Shown: positions 10,869 to 21,088, counted from the stretch's first letter. The stretch is 64,000 nt of DNA from an uncultured delta proteobacterium (GCA_963716725.1 CAVQUB010000012.1:279469-343468); one strand, 5' to 3'. The notes: generated from the letters alone by a model not told the origin. A program made the numbers and translations.

Positions 10869-12533
10869 ATGTCCACCTGGCGTACGCATCCGGACCACGA
10901 GAACAAAGGCTGGCCGCCTGGAGTTCCGTTCATCATCGGCAACGAAGGTTGCGAGCGCTTCAGCTTCTACGGCATGCGCTCGATCCTGACCTTGTACATG
11001 GCGGACGTCCTGTACAAGAGCCACCCGATGTTCGAGTCCGCGCCGAAGGACTTCGCCAAGGCGCACTATCACCTCTTCGTCGCCGCCGTGTACGCCTTCC
11101 CGATGATCGGGGCGATCTTGGCCGATCGCCTGATCGGCAAATACCGGACGATTTTCTGGCTCTCGCTGGTCTACACCGCGGGCCACGGCGTCTTGGCCGT
11201 CGGCGAAGGATCGGTGTGGGGGCTCTGGCTCGGACTCGGCCTCATCGCCGTGGGATCCGGCGGCATCAAGCCTTGTGTCTCGGCGAACGTCGGTGACCAG
11301 TTCGGTCGCGGCAATTGGCATCGAGTGCGCACCGTCTACCAGGCGTTCTACTTCATCATCAATTTCGGAAGCTTCTTCGCCACTTTGATGATCCCCTGGC
11401 TGTGGAAGCGTTGGGGCATCAGTGTCGCCTTCGGTGTTCCCGGGATCTTGATGGCGATTGCCACATTCGTGTTCTGGCTCGGCCGCGCCAAGTTCGTTCA
11501 CATTCCAGCCAAGCCCGCCGGCAAGCTCGGCCTGCTCGATACCTTGAGCTCGACGGCTCTGTTCATGGGCGTCGGTCACTTGTTCTTCACGGCGGCGCAG
11601 CCGGGGTGGGTGCAGGTCACGACCAGCATCGTCATGGTGGGGATCGGCCTGGCGCTCTTCGAAATCCGCCAGAAAATCGAGCCCGACGACGGCTTTTTGG
11701 CCGTGCTGTGGTTCTCCGTGAAGCGCTACTTCGGGGGCGGCGGCGCCACGAAAGCGGCGAGCTCCGAGGAGCCCGTCGCGGACGCGCCCGAGGTGACCGA
11801 CGAGGTGCGCGCACGGCGGAAGAAGCTGACCGCGAGCCGGTTTTTCGGGCCGGCGGTCAAACACTTCGGAATGTCCACCGTGGAGGGCCCCGTCGCGGTG
11901 CTGGGCATCATGACGGTGTTCTTCTTGGTCAGCATCTTCTGGGCGCTCTTCGACCAGCACGGATCGTCCTGGGTGATCCAGGCGAAGGCCATGGACCTCC
12001 ATGTTCCGCTCTTTGGCGCCGATCCCATCGATCCGCAGCAGGTGGCCGCATTGAACCCGCTGATGGTGATGGCGCTGATCCCCTTCGTGAACTACGCGCT
12101 CTATCCCGGCGTCGAGAAGCTCGGCTTCAAGGCGACTCCGCTCCGGCGCATGACCGCTGGCATGCTGGTGGCGGCGGGGTCGTTCGTCGCGGTGGCGTTG
12201 ATCCAGCAGCGCATCGACGTCTTGGGGCCCGGCAAGGTCGCCATCGAGTGGCAGTTGGTTCCGTACCTGATCATCACCTTGGCCGAGGTCATGGTCTCCA
12301 TCACCGGCCTCGAGTTCGCCTACACGCAGGCGCCAAAGCGCATGAAGAGCACTATCATGGGCTTCTGGCTCTTGACCGTGGCAGCGGGCAACGTGCTGGT
12401 GTCGGTGATCGCGAAGATCAAGCTGCCCGAAGCGCAGTTCTTCTGGGTGTTCGCCGGGCTGATGGCGGGCGCCGGCTTGCTGTTCGGGATCCGCGCCTAC
12501 TTCTTCAAGCAGCAGGACTTCATCCAGGACTGA
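10869..12533 (+). CDS. POT/PTR family proton-dependent oligopeptide transporter
   Basis: NEGCERFSFYGM, GGIKPCVSANVGDQF, FYFIINFGS, GLEFAYTQAP. Confidence 0.95.
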   Translation: MSTWRTHPDHENKGWPPGVPFIIGNEGCERFSFYGMRSILTLYMADVLYKSHPMFESAPKDFAKAHYHLFVAAVYAFPMIGAILADRLIGKYRTIFWLSLVYTAGHGVLAVGEGSVWGLWLGLGLIAVGSGGIKPCVSANVGDQFGRGNWHRVRTVYQAFYFIINFGSFFATLMIPWLWKRWGISVAFGVPGILMAIATFVFWLGRAKFVHIPAKPAGKLGLLDTLSSTALFMGVGHLFFTAAQPGWVQVTTSIVMVGIGLALFEIRQKIEPDDGFLAVLWFSVKRYFGGGGATKAASSEEPVADAPEVTDEVRARRKKLTASRFFGPAVKHFGMSTVEGPVAVLGIMTVFFLVSIFWALFDQHGSSWVIQAKAMDLHVPLFGADPIDPQQVAALNPLMVMALIPFVNYALYPGVEKLGFKATPLRRMTAGMLVAAGSFVAVALIQQRIDVLGPGKVAIEWQLVPYLIITLAEVMVSITGLEFAYTQAPKRMKSTIMGFWLLTVAAGNVLVSVIAKIKLPEAQFFWVFAGLMAGAGLLFGIRAYFFKQQDFIQD

Positions 12534-12563
12534 GGCGCGTTGGCGCGGCTGCTCGCGGTCTCG

Positions 12564-13554
12564 TCAGGGCGTCCGCACTCGGCGAGGATCCGCGAGCAAG
12601 GACTCCGCGAAGGCCCAGATCAAGTCGACTGCCGGGTGTCCCGCGTCGGGCGCCAACGCAGCCCGGGCGTCGGCGACGTCGCGCAGCACGGCCTCGAGCG
12701 TGCGATCCACGGCGGTCGTGTCGAGCACGGCCTCGCCGAGCAAGCGCGCGCTGTCGGCGGTCACCGGCAAATTGCTCCAGGTTTCGGCGAAGCGCGCTGC
12801 GAGCGCGGGCTGCTGTTCGCAGGCCAAGAGCACCGGTAGGGACGGGTTCCGTTCCTTGATGTCGCCGTAGCGGTCCTGATTCTGATCGACGAGATCCCCG
12901 AGGTCGTCTTGCATCTGGAAGGCCATGCCCAGGCTGCGCGACGCAGACTCGAAGCGACGCGCCCGCGGCAGGTCACCCGAGAGGATGCCGGCTGCGAAGC
13001 CGCACAAACCGAACAGAGCAGCGGTCTTGCCCATGGCGACCTCGCGCCAGCCGCTGGCCGACAGGGAGGCGTCGCCGCGCACCTCGACCTCACGCACCGC
13101 GGCCCGGGACATCTCGGCCACGACCTCGGCGGCGCGTGTGCTCAGGGCCTGCGGGTAGCGCGCCAGTCGCACGAGAGATCGCGACAGCAGGTGATCGCCC
13201 GCGAGTACCGCGACCACGTTTCCGTGACGGGCGTTGACGGTCGGCAAGCCACGACGGAGCTCACCCTCGTCCACGACGTCGTCGTGCAAGAGACTCGCCG
13301 AGTGGATCAACTCGACCGCCACGGCCGCATCGACCAGAGCGTCGTGGGGTGAACCCGCGACCTGCCCCAAGAGCAGCACCAGTTGCGGACGCGCGCGCTT
13401 GGCACCGTGAGTGATGCAGAGGTGTCGCTCCGCTGCTTTGAGCAAGCCCGTCGACGGCCCGTCGAGCTCCCGATCGAGCTCGCGCTCGATCTCCCCCAAG
13501 TCCACCCGCTCGCGAGCGGCGGCCCGTAGCCGTATCGACGGCGCCCATGCTCAT
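12564..13554 (-). CDS. Long-chain polyprenyl diphosphate synthase (IspB/HepT type); probable 1-bp indel near 13524
   Basis: FARM HSASLLHDDVVD...RRG (Ala at -5 indicates long chain), GKT, SARM FQMQDDLGD; ATG at 13554/13548 joins the main frame if one G is removed from a GGG run, otherwise GTG 13505. Confidence 0.88.
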
Positions 13555-13566
13555 TTTCGGCGGTTT

Positions 13567-13586
13567 AGTTCAAGATTGGTTGAACT
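13567..13586. promoter_or_regulatory. Palindromic operator candidate AGTTCAA-N6-TTGAACT
   Basis: Perfect 7-bp inverted repeat in an AT-rich patch just upstream of the prenyl synthase. Confidence 0.45.
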
Positions 13587-13630
13587 GCAAGGAACGCCTG
13601 GTCGCGGACGCCCGAGCGCGGCGCCGCCGA

Positions 13631-14110
13631 TCAGTCCGGGCCGCGCTGCCGTCGGCCGAGCTTCTTCCGAAGTCGTTCCAGAGCGGCAAAAAGCTTGGCC
13701 TGCTCTTTGGGACTGATGAGCCTCGCGATTTCGTCCATCTCTTGGTCACGTAGCGCGTTGAGCTTCTTCTGAGTCGAGCGAAAGCCGTCGACGCCCTTCT
13801 TGTACCGGGCTTCGTCACTGCTGTCGCTCTGCAGGAGGTCCCTCAGGTCCCGGCGGTACTGGCGGTGCTGTGTCTGCAGCTTGCTGCGCTCGGTTTGATG
13901 CTTGGCGAGGACCTTCATCACCGCCTCGGACTTCTTCTCGTCCAGCCCCACCTCTTGTCGCAGGACCTTGGACACCACCTGCTTCTGACGCTGCTCGACC
14001 TTCGCGCGCTTGTCGTCGCCCTTCTTGCCTTCGGCCTGGGCGGGCAAGACGAACAGCACCAACGAAAGCGCGATCAGACCGCTGACCAGAGATACGAGCC
14101 TCGGTTTCAT
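13631..14110 (-). CDS. Periplasmic Spy/CpxP-like helical protein
   Basis: Signal peptide ending AQA; VGLDE..; C-terminal LISPKEQAK (LTxxQ-like) motif; helical and charged. Confidence 0.75.
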   Translation of the reverse strand: MKPRLVSLVSGLIALSLVLFVLPAQAEGKKGDDKRAKVEQRQKQVVSKVLRQEVGLDEKKSEAVMKVLAKHQTERSKLQTQHRQYRRDLRDLLQSDSSDEARYKKGVDGFRSTQKKLNALRDQEMDEIARLISPKEQAKLFAALERLRKKLGRRQRGPD

Positions 14111-14575
14111 CCTTCCTCCAGGTAGGAGTCCGCTGCGGCCAGCCAGCGGTCGAGATCCTGATCGTCGGCGTCATCCAGGGGAGCGGCGAGCACGTCCATG
14201 CTCGGACCATCGTCCGCCCCAGCCAAGTCCGGCACGACGATCTCCGCGTCGTCGGGCGCGGGCTCGATGGCTGGTGCCGGGCTCGGCGCTACGTTGGCCA
14301 CGGACGGTGCGGTCAGCGATGCGTTGGCGGTGCTGGGCAGCAAGGCCGAGCCGCCGTCGCTCTTGTCACCGCGGAGGACAACCACCGCGAAGAAGCCGGC
14401 CGCGATGGCCAAAAATGGAGCCCAGATGAGCCACACGGAGCGGCGACGGCGAGCGGGCACGTCTGCGGATCGAGCGCGCAGCTTGGTGAGCTGAGCGCCG
14501 GTGGGCGCTTCGCTGGTGGCGTCGAAGAGCGCTCTGAGGTCGCTCTCGGTTGCGATCGTGATCGAAGTCGGTCAT
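14107..14575 (-). CDS. Putative anti-sigma factor (single TM); frame break near 14553
   Basis: ATGA overlap with the sigma stop and [18 protein letters not shown] then shift to ATESDLRALF...; TM WLIWAPFLAIAAGFFAVVVL. Confidence 0.6.
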
Positions 14576-15132
14576 GCCTCCTCCAAAGTCTTCTCTTCCG
14601 TCACGAGATCGGCAAGCTGTTCGCGGAGCTCTTTCAGGGCCATGTGCACCAGCACGCGGGCCGAGCCTTCCGTGGTCCCGACGGCTTGGGCGATCTCAGC
14701 GTACGAAAGCTCGGCGTCGAGTCGGAGCATGGCTACCGCGCGACGCTTGTCCGGCAGCCCAGCCAGCGCCCGGCGCACTCGTTGGGCAGCCTGGTGCGCG
14801 CGCGCCAAGTCGGCTGGATCGGGCTGACCGTTCGGCGCTTCGGAGCCGTCTTCGCGCGTCCGCCGGCGGCGTTCGCCACGGATCAGCGTCTGCGCCCGGC
14901 GGACCGCGTAGGCGGCGAGGAAGGCCCGAAACGAGGTGCCAGGCTCGTAGCCGGAGAGCCGCTCGAAGGCCAACGTCAACGCTTCCTGCACGGCGTCTTC
15001 GGCGAGCGTTCGGTCCCCGCAAGCGCGGGCGGCGATGCGGTACAGCACCGCCAGATGAGGCTCGACCAAGCTGGCGAAGGCTCTCCCGTCGCCGGAGAGC
15101 GCGCGGGTGATGAGCTCGTGCTCGAGCGACAC
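14572..15132 (-). CDS. ECF RNA polymerase sigma factor
   Basis: GDGRAFASLV, LAEDAVQEA, SFRAFL, LSYAEIAQAVG..EGSAR; GTG start inferred. Confidence 0.92.
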   Translation of the reverse strand: MSLEHELITRALSGDGRAFASLVEPHLAVLYRIAARACGDRTLAEDAVQEALTLAFERLSGYEPGTSFRAFLAAYAVRRAQTLIRGERRRRTREDGSEAPNGQPDPADLARAHQAAQRVRRALAGLPDKRRAVAMLRLDAELSYAEIAQAVGTTEGSARVLVHMALKELREQLADLVTEEKTLEEA

Positions 15133-15277
15133 GGCTCGGAGCTTTTCATCGGTCGGGGTCGCGCCGGTCACGAAAACGCTGGGGCAGAAGGATTGGGCCA
15201 CTCGACCTGGAGAATGCCGCTGGCTGGGGTCCCGTTAGAGCTGCCTCGCCAAGGGCTTGGAACTACGGGAGATTCTC

Positions 15278-16078
15278 TCAGCGTCCCAGGAACTTCGCCG
15301 GCCGTTTCTCCAGGAACGACCCCAAGGCTTCGCCCAGGTCCTCCGAGGCCAAGAAGGCCGAGTTCCAGGCCGCGACGTAGTCGAGACCATCCGCGACCCG
15401 GCGGCCCGTCCCGAAATCGAGCACGCGCTTCACTCCGCGCACGGTGAGCGGCGCGTTGCCGGCGATCTCGGCCGCGAGCGCCGCCGCGCCTGCCGCTAGC
15501 GCCGTGGCGTCCGTGAAGACCTCGTTCACCAGGCCCATGCGCTCCGCGCGTTCGGCGCTCAGATCTTTGCCGGTGAAGGCGAGCTCGCGGGCGTGACCCT
15601 GCCCGACAATGAGCGGCAGGCGTTGCAGCGTGCCAAGGTCAGCCACGATGGCGATCTTGGTCTCCCGGACCGAGAACCGAGCGTCGCTGGCCGCGAGGCG
15701 GATGTCGCAGGCGGTGATCAGATCGACGCCGCCGCCGATGCACCAGCCGTGAACGGCGGCGATGACCGGAACTGGGCAGCTCGCGACTTTGGTGATCTGA
15801 GACTGCATGCGCAGGATGGTCTGGTGGAGTCCCATGCGCACGGCGGCAGTGCCGCCCTGCAGCCCGGGCCCGAGCTCGGCGAAGGCCGCGGGCAAATCCA
15901 AGCCGTAGGTGAAGTGCTTGGCGTCCGATCGCAGGACGACCGCGCGCACCTCGGGATCGGCGCTGATCTCGTCGAAGGCAGCGCCGAGCTCCTCGAAGAA
16001 GAGCGGGGGCATGGTGGGCTTCTGCAGCACGACGCTGATCACGTGGTCGTTTCGTTCGAGTCGGAGGGTCTCGGGCAT
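15278..16078 (-). CDS. Crotonase/enoyl-CoA hydratase family (dienoyl-CoA isomerase ECH1-like)
   Basis: FTYGLDL, HGWCIGGGVDLITACDIR, VRETKIAIVADLGTLQRLP. Confidence 0.92.
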   Translation of the reverse strand: MPETLRLERNDHVISVVLQKPTMPPLFFEELGAAFDEISADPEVRAVVLRSDAKHFTYGLDLPAAFAELGPGLQGGTAAVRMGLHQTILRMQSQITKVASCPVPVIAAVHGWCIGGGVDLITACDIRLAASDARFSVRETKIAIVADLGTLQRLPLIVGQGHARELAFTGKDLSAERAERMGLVNEVFTDATALAAGAAALAAEIAGNAPLTVRGVKRVLDFGTGRRVADGLDYVAAWNSAFLASEDLGEALGSFLEKRPAKFLGR

Positions 16079-16098
16079 GGCAGGATGGCGCATACCTC

Positions 16099-17364
16099 AT
16101 GCAAGCGGATCTGGCCATCGTCGGTGCAGGGACTGCGGGAGCCGCGCTGGCGTTCATGGCTCGAGAGCGCGGGCTGTCGGTGCTGTGCTTGGAGCGACGC
16201 GCGGCGCGCGACGCCGGCGCGCGATGGGTGAACGGTGTGCCTGGGTGGGCTTTCGACCGCGCCGGCATCGATCGGCCGCGCGGCGACGAGCTGTTCGGCG
16301 CAGGCCACGAGCTGAGTCTGCTGGCGGGGTTCGGCCCGCGCCGCGTGACCATCCGTGGTCACGACGTGCTCGAGGTGGACATGCGCGCGCTGGTCGAGCG
16401 GTTGCAGAGCGCGGCTCGTGAGCAAGGCGCGAAGATCCTGGACGGGGTGCGGGTCTTCGGCTTCGACGGCAGGTCGCTCGACACCAGCGCGGGCAGGGTT
16501 TCGGCGCGCTGGTTCGTGGACGCCTCCGGGCTCGCCGGGGCGCGGCTGCTGGATCAGACTCGGGTCGATCAAGCCGATCTCTGCGCGGCGGCCCAAGAGG
16601 TGCGGGCCGTGTCCGACATGGCCGCGGCGCGCGCCTTCTTCGATCGGCATCAGGTCGCCGCCGGACACACGCTCTGCTTCACCGGCGTGGCCGGAGGGTT
16701 CTCGGTGATCAACCTGAGGCTCGCCGGAGATCGCGTCGGCATCTTGACCGGGAGCATCCCCGGAGACGGTCACGCTTCCGGTCAGGAGATCCTGGACCGC
16801 TTCGTGGCTGATCAGCGCTGGATCGGCGCGACGCTGTTCGGCGGAGCGCGCGCGATCCCCCTCCGGCGTCCCCTCGACGTGATCGCCCGCGGCAACGTAG
16901 CGCTGATCGGAGACGCGGCCTGCCAGGTGTTCTCTGCGCACGGATCCGGCATCGGCGCTGGGCTCATTGCGGCGCGCATCTTGGCCGACGTCTTGGCATC
17001 GGGCCGCAAGTTGCACGCTTACGCCGTTGAGTGGCACCGTCAGTACGGAGGCTTGTTCGCCACCTTCGATTGCTTCCGACGATTCTCTCAGCGCTTGTCG
17101 GAAGCGGATCTCGGTCGGATGATGGCCGTCGGCCTCTTGGACGAGGTTTCGGCGCGCGCTGGCCTCGAACAGCGGCTGCCGCGCCCGAGCCCCGGCGTGG
17201 TCGTGGGGGCGCTGCGCGGGGTCGCGACCGAGCGCCGGCTCGCCCGTGGATTGATCCCGGCGCTCGCCCGGGGAGCCGCAGCGTCGGCGCACTACGCCCG
17301 CTATCCCGAGGATCCGGGCGAGCTGCCCGGCTGGTCAGCCCGCGTGGCCCGCATCCTGGGCTGA
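16099..17364 (+). CDS. FAD-dependent oxidoreductase (geranylgeranyl reductase-like)
   Basis: IVGAGTAG, VDASG, LIGDAAC...HGSGIG. Confidence 0.8.
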   Translation: MQADLAIVGAGTAGAALAFMARERGLSVLCLERRAARDAGARWVNGVPGWAFDRAGIDRPRGDELFGAGHELSLLAGFGPRRVTIRGHDVLEVDMRALVERLQSAAREQGAKILDGVRVFGFDGRSLDTSAGRVSARWFVDASGLAGARLLDQTRVDQADLCAAAQEVRAVSDMAAARAFFDRHQVAAGHTLCFTGVAGGFSVINLRLAGDRVGILTGSIPGDGHASGQEILDRFVADQRWIGATLFGGARAIPLRRPLDVIARGNVALIGDAACQVFSAHGSGIGAGLIAARILADVLASGRKLHAYAVEWHRQYGGLFATFDCFRRFSQRLSEADLGRMMAVGLLDEVSARAGLEQRLPRPSPGVVVGALRGVATERRLARGLIPALARGAAASAHYARYPEDPGELPGWSARVARILG

Positions 17365-17946
17365 TACGAAGCGAGCGATGACGCCCAGCACTTCGGCGTC
17401 CACGTCGCTCTGCGCGCGGTCTGCTTGTTTGAGCCAGGTCTTGGTGCACAAGAGCGAGTGATCTCCGCTCTCGACCACGTGGATCTCGCTCGGGGCGGTC
17501 ATCTTGGCGCGGGCGCGGTCCAGTAGATCGAGCGGGCAGAGCTTGTCGCGGTCACCCTGCAAGAAAAGGATGGGTGTTCGGAGCGCGAGCAGGACTGCGT
17601 CACGAACCTTGCCGTTTTGGCCGAGCAAGGGATAGCCAAAGCAGACCAGCGCACGCGCTGCGACGTCCGTGTGCTCGGCCGCCACGTGACAAGCCACGCG
17701 GGACCCCATGCTCTTGCCGGCAAGGACCAGCGGGCGCTCGCGACCGGCCGTGGCCTGCGTGATCGCGTCCCGGTGAGCGAGGATCAGCGAGGGCAGCGGA
17801 TCGGGGCGCTTCGAGCCACGAGCCATGTACGGGTAGTCGAAGGCGTGGACCTCGCCGAGCGTCTCCAGCCGCGCGCGCCAGGCTCGCATCCAGGCGGAGG
17901 AGGACGGGGCGCCGGCGCCATGCGCCAAGACGATCAGCGGTTGCAC
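17335..17946 (-). CDS. Alpha/beta hydrolase (KANL3/Tex30-like)
   Basis: LAHGAGA, FDYPYM, GKSMGSR, FGYPL, QGDRD, GDHS. Confidence 0.85.
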   Translation of the reverse strand: MQPLIVLAHGAGAPSSSAWMRAWRARLETLGEVHAFDYPYMARGSKRPDPLPSLILAHRDAITQATAGRERPLVLAGKSMGSRVACHVAAEHTDVAARALVCFGYPLLGQNGKVRDAVLLALRTPILFLQGDRDKLCPLDLLDRARAKMTAPSEIHVVESGDHSLLCTKTWLKQADRAQSDVDAEVLGVIARFVSAQDAGHAG

Positions 17947-18013
17947 TCGGGCAGCATGGCCACGCCCAGAAAAAGCACGCAACTGCCCGCGAACCCGGAC
18001 CGAAGAGGGCGCC

Positions 18014-18295
18014 ATGGCGAAGACAGCGCTGAAAATCGTGGGTTTCTTTTCATTGGCGTGCGCCGCAGCGGGCTGCTTTCCAGCGACCCCGGCCGCGCAG
18101 GTGGTCAGCCGCAACGTCACCGCGGTGGCGGCGGGGGGGCCATCGGAAGTCTGGGTCGTGATGGGCGAGACCGGCGCGCAGGTCGAGAAGGACGGCGTCT
18201 GGATCAACAAGGACGCCTACGCCCTCTATCACTGCCTTCCACAGGGCTGCAAACGTGTGAGTGAGCTCGAGGGCACTCGGATCACGAAGCGCTGA
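18014..18295 (+). CDS. Small hypothetical lipoprotein
   Basis: Lipobox AAGC after a hydrophobic stretch; RBS present. Confidence 0.6.
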   Translation: MAKTALKIVGFFSLACAAAGCFPATPAAQVVSRNVTAVAAGGPSEVWVVMGETGAQVEKDGVWINKDAYALYHCLPQGCKRVSELEGTRITKR

Positions 18296-18305
18296 GGAGG
18301 ATGTG

Positions 18306-19082
18306 ATGAAGACCCTGAGCTTCGCAGCGTGTGTGATTCTGTGTTCGTCTCGAGCCTTGGCGCAGGCCTCGCCGCCGCCGTCGCCCGAGGGCTACAGTTA
18401 CACCCCCAGCGTGGGTGAGGCGCCGCCGGTGGTGGAGCACGAAGAGGAGCACCGCCGCACCGGTTCGGTTTGGGTGCTGCGAGGCGCCAGCTTTGCGGGT
18501 TCGGGGACGGCGGCGCAGGAGTGTGATGGCGACATGTGTTCCGACTCGCTCGAGACGACGAAGTACGGAGAGGTTGCATCCTACGCGCTGGGCATGGACT
18601 GGCTGTACAGCTCCTCGCGCAACTTCCGGATCGGCCTTGGCCTCGGGCTGATCCCCGACCTCGCGGTCGAGGAGTCCGGTGAGCGCTTCGAGCTCGGCAC
18701 TGTGGTCTCGGCCGACCTCGTGCTCGAAGGCGTGTTCGACCTCTCGAAGAAGACCGCGCTCACCTTGCGCGGCCACGTTGGCATGAGCGTGCTGGTTCCG
18801 AGTGGTGATTTGGAATCCGCCGCGTCGGCGCAGTCGGATGCATGCTTCAACCTCGAACAGAACTCCGGCTGGACCTGCGAATCCAAGTCTGGGCCTTACC
18901 TCGGCGGTCAGGCCGGGGTGGGTCCAGGTCTCTTGGTGGACCTCGGGAAGCTCGGGCTCCGGCTGGACCTCGAGCTTCAGGTCTACTCGTTCCGAACCCT
19001 CGAGTTCAAGGTTGCGGATACCGAGTCCGCCCTCAGGTTCACCGGCGTGCGCCCCATGCTGCTTGCGGGCATCGAGCTCTGA
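18306..19082 (+). CDS. Secreted, probable outer-membrane beta-barrel protein
   Basis: GAGGAGG RBS; signal peptide ending ALA; alternating amphipathic strands; ends LAGIEL. Confidence 0.65.
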   Translation: MKTLSFAACVILCSSRALAQASPPPSPEGYSYTPSVGEAPPVVEHEEEHRRTGSVWVLRGASFAGSGTAAQECDGDMCSDSLETTKYGEVASYALGMDWLYSSSRNFRIGLGLGLIPDLAVEESGERFELGTVVSADLVLEGVFDLSKKTALTLRGHVGMSVLVPSGDLESAASAQSDACFNLEQNSGWTCESKSGPYLGGQAGVGPGLLVDLGKLGLRLDLELQVYSFRTLEFKVADTESALRFTGVRPMLLAGIEL

Positions 19083-19143
19083 GCAGCCGCGGAATCGTCC
19101 GCACCCCCCCGAGCGTTGAAGCGTCGAACGGGCGCAGCGAACG

Positions 19144-20544
19144 GTGCACGATCTCCCAGTCATTTCCCAAAGCAAGTCGCTGCTCCGGGCAGGCGCCCCC
19201 TTGGCGCTGGCGAGCCTCGCGCAGACCTTGGCAGGTACGATCGCCGTGGCTGTGGCAGGGCACTTCGGCTGGCGCGAGCTTTGCGCTGTCGGGCTCGGTG
19301 CCTCCATCTTCTTCACTGTCACCGCGTTCGGCGTCGGCGTGCTGCTGGGCATCGAGCCCATCGCCAGCCGCGCTGCGGGTCGAGGGGACGTCGACGGCGT
19401 GCGCCGCGCGTTGGGACAGGGACTGCTGCTCGCGGCGGGGCTGGCGCTGGTGCTCGGGCTCGCGCTGTTCGCAGTGAGTACAGGTGTTCGTCACGCGGGT
19501 GTCGCCCCAGAGCCGGCTGACGACCTGAAGCTCTACCTGTGGGGACGCCTGCCCGGGCTGGCTCCACACCTCGCCTTCGTCGTGCTCCGGAGCGCCGCCG
19601 CTGCGGAGAATCGAACGCGAAGCGTGCTCGCGGCGGCCCTCGCGGCGAATCTGTGCGTGTTGGCGACGGCGCCTCCGCTCGCCTCGGCCCTCGGCGTGCT
19701 CGGCGTCGGGCTTGCCGAGAGCGCGGGAGCGGTGGTGCAAACGCTCGTGCTCGCGTCGCTGGTACCGAGGCCGCGCTTCGCCGGCAGCCTCTCCTTGGAA
19801 GCGTTGATGCCCCTGCTGCGGGTCGGGGTGCCCGCCGGCCTCGCGCTCGTCGCCGAGTACGCGGTGTTTGCCGGTTTGGGGCTGGTGGTGGCGGTGATCG
19901 AACCCGATGCGCTTGGTGCTCACCAAGTGGCGATGACCTGGGTCGGAACGCTTTTCATGTTGCCGGTGGGATTCGGCAGCGGTGTGGCGGCGCAGATCGG
20001 GCGCGCGCTCGGTCGCGGTGACGCAGCCGGGGCGCGGCGGGTCGCGGGACTGTCGTCGGGGCTCGCGCTTGCGCTGGGAACGCTGCTCGCTGCGCCATTT
20101 GTATTGGTGCCGGGCAAGCTCGCGGCGTGGGTCACCGTTGATGCCTCAGCGCTGGCTGGCGCATCGAACCTGATGTCTCTCGCCGCAGCCGTCCTGATCG
20201 TGGACTCGGTTCAGGTGGTGCTGGTGGGCGCAGTGCGCGGCGCCGGCGACACCCGCTTCGCCCTTCTCGCGAGCCTCCTGGGGCACTACGCGGTCGGCCT
20301 ACCACTCGGCATCGCGCTGGCGACGCGGGGCGGGCTCGGCGTAGCTGGGCTCTGGATCGGGCTGGGTGCGGGGCTCACGACGATTGCAGTCCTGCTGGCG
20401 TTGCGCTTGAGTCGCCACCGTGAGTTCGAGAGTGATCCATGTCTGAGCCGCTCACGCGAGAGCTCCTCGTTCGCGCCGTGGAGGGCCCCGCCATATTCCC
20501 CACACCGCCGCGCTTTCCCGGCGTCTCCGCCGCTGCGGCCGTAG
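19144..20544 (+). CDS. MATE family efflux transporter (C-terminus possibly extended by an indel)
   Basis: ~12 TMs; LGAHQVA, FMLPVG, RGAGDTR, GLWIGL; 106-bp overlap with the next gene is suspicious. Confidence 0.88.
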   Translation: MHDLPVISQSKSLLRAGAPLALASLAQTLAGTIAVAVAGHFGWRELCAVGLGASIFFTVTAFGVGVLLGIEPIASRAAGRGDVDGVRRALGQGLLLAAGLALVLGLALFAVSTGVRHAGVAPEPADDLKLYLWGRLPGLAPHLAFVVLRSAAAAENRTRSVLAAALAANLCVLATAPPLASALGVLGVGLAESAGAVVQTLVLASLVPRPRFAGSLSLEALMPLLRVGVPAGLALVAEYAVFAGLGLVVAVIEPDALGAHQVAMTWVGTLFMLPVGFGSGVAAQIGRALGRGDAAGARRVAGLSSGLALALGTLLAAPFVLVPGKLAAWVTVDASALAGASNLMSLAAAVLIVDSVQVVLVGAVRGAGDTRFALLASLLGHYAVGLPLGIALATRGGLGVAGLWIGLGAGLTTIAVLLALRLSRHREFESDPCLSRSRESSSFAPWRAPPYSPHRRAFPASPPLRP

Positions 20545-21086
20545 TCGTTCCAGTGCGGATTTACCCTCAGCCGAGCGCGCTCGTCGTCGTGCGCGCGGCC
20601 ACGCTGGCGGACCACGCGGGAGAGCTCGGCTTCCCAGGTGGCAAGCCTCACGTTGGCGAGCCGCTCCGAGCGGCGGCTAGTCGCGAGCTCGAGGAGGAGC
20701 TTGCGGTCGTCGCGGACGAGGTGGACGTGCTCGGTGAGCTCACACCTATCCCCGTGGTGACGGGCAAGTACCTGATCACGCCCTTCGTGGGCCTGCTGAG
20801 CCAGCGGGCGAGTCCTCGCATCGCGTCGCCGGAGCTCGCGGAGGTCATCGACGTGCCGCTCGAGCCGCTCCTGTCGGGACGTCAGCGCATCTTCGGTTTC
20901 TACACCGACCATGGTGGGGTGCCCTTCCTCCTGCCGCACTTTCGCCTGGGCGAGCACGTGCTCTTCGGCGCCAGTGCGGTGATCTTTTTCGAGCTCGTGG
21001 CACGCCTCGCGCGCGAGCTGTCCATGACGCTTCCGGAGCTGGTGGTCGAAGACGAGCGACCCTGGGGCACGCGTTATCCCGGCTGA
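20439..21086 (+). CDS. Nudix CoA pyrophosphatase (NudL/NUDT7-like)
   Basis: HAGELGFPGGK...AASRELEEEL, ITPFVG, LFGASA. Confidence 0.88.
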   Translation: MSEPLTRELLVRAVEGPAIFPTPPRFPGVSAAAAVVVPVRIYPQPSALVVVRAATLADHAGELGFPGGKPHVGEPLRAAASRELEEELAVVADEVDVLGELTPIPVVTGKYLITPFVGLLSQRASPRIASPELAEVIDVPLEPLLSGRQRIFGFYTDHGGVPFLLPHFRLGEHVLFGASAVIFFELVARLARELSMTLPELVVEDERPWGTRYPG

Positions 21087-21088
21087 GA

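Noticed and set aside
13560..13590. CarH/CarA light-responsive carotenoid operator
   Set aside because: Only a partial 11-bp TnnAC periodicity; the downstream synthase has a long-chain rather than CrtE-type signature; no crt genes nearby
20439..20544. 106-bp same-strand overlap of MATE and Nudix as a functional overlapping gene
   Set aside because: The MATE tail is low-information and more likely reflects a lost stop or an indel
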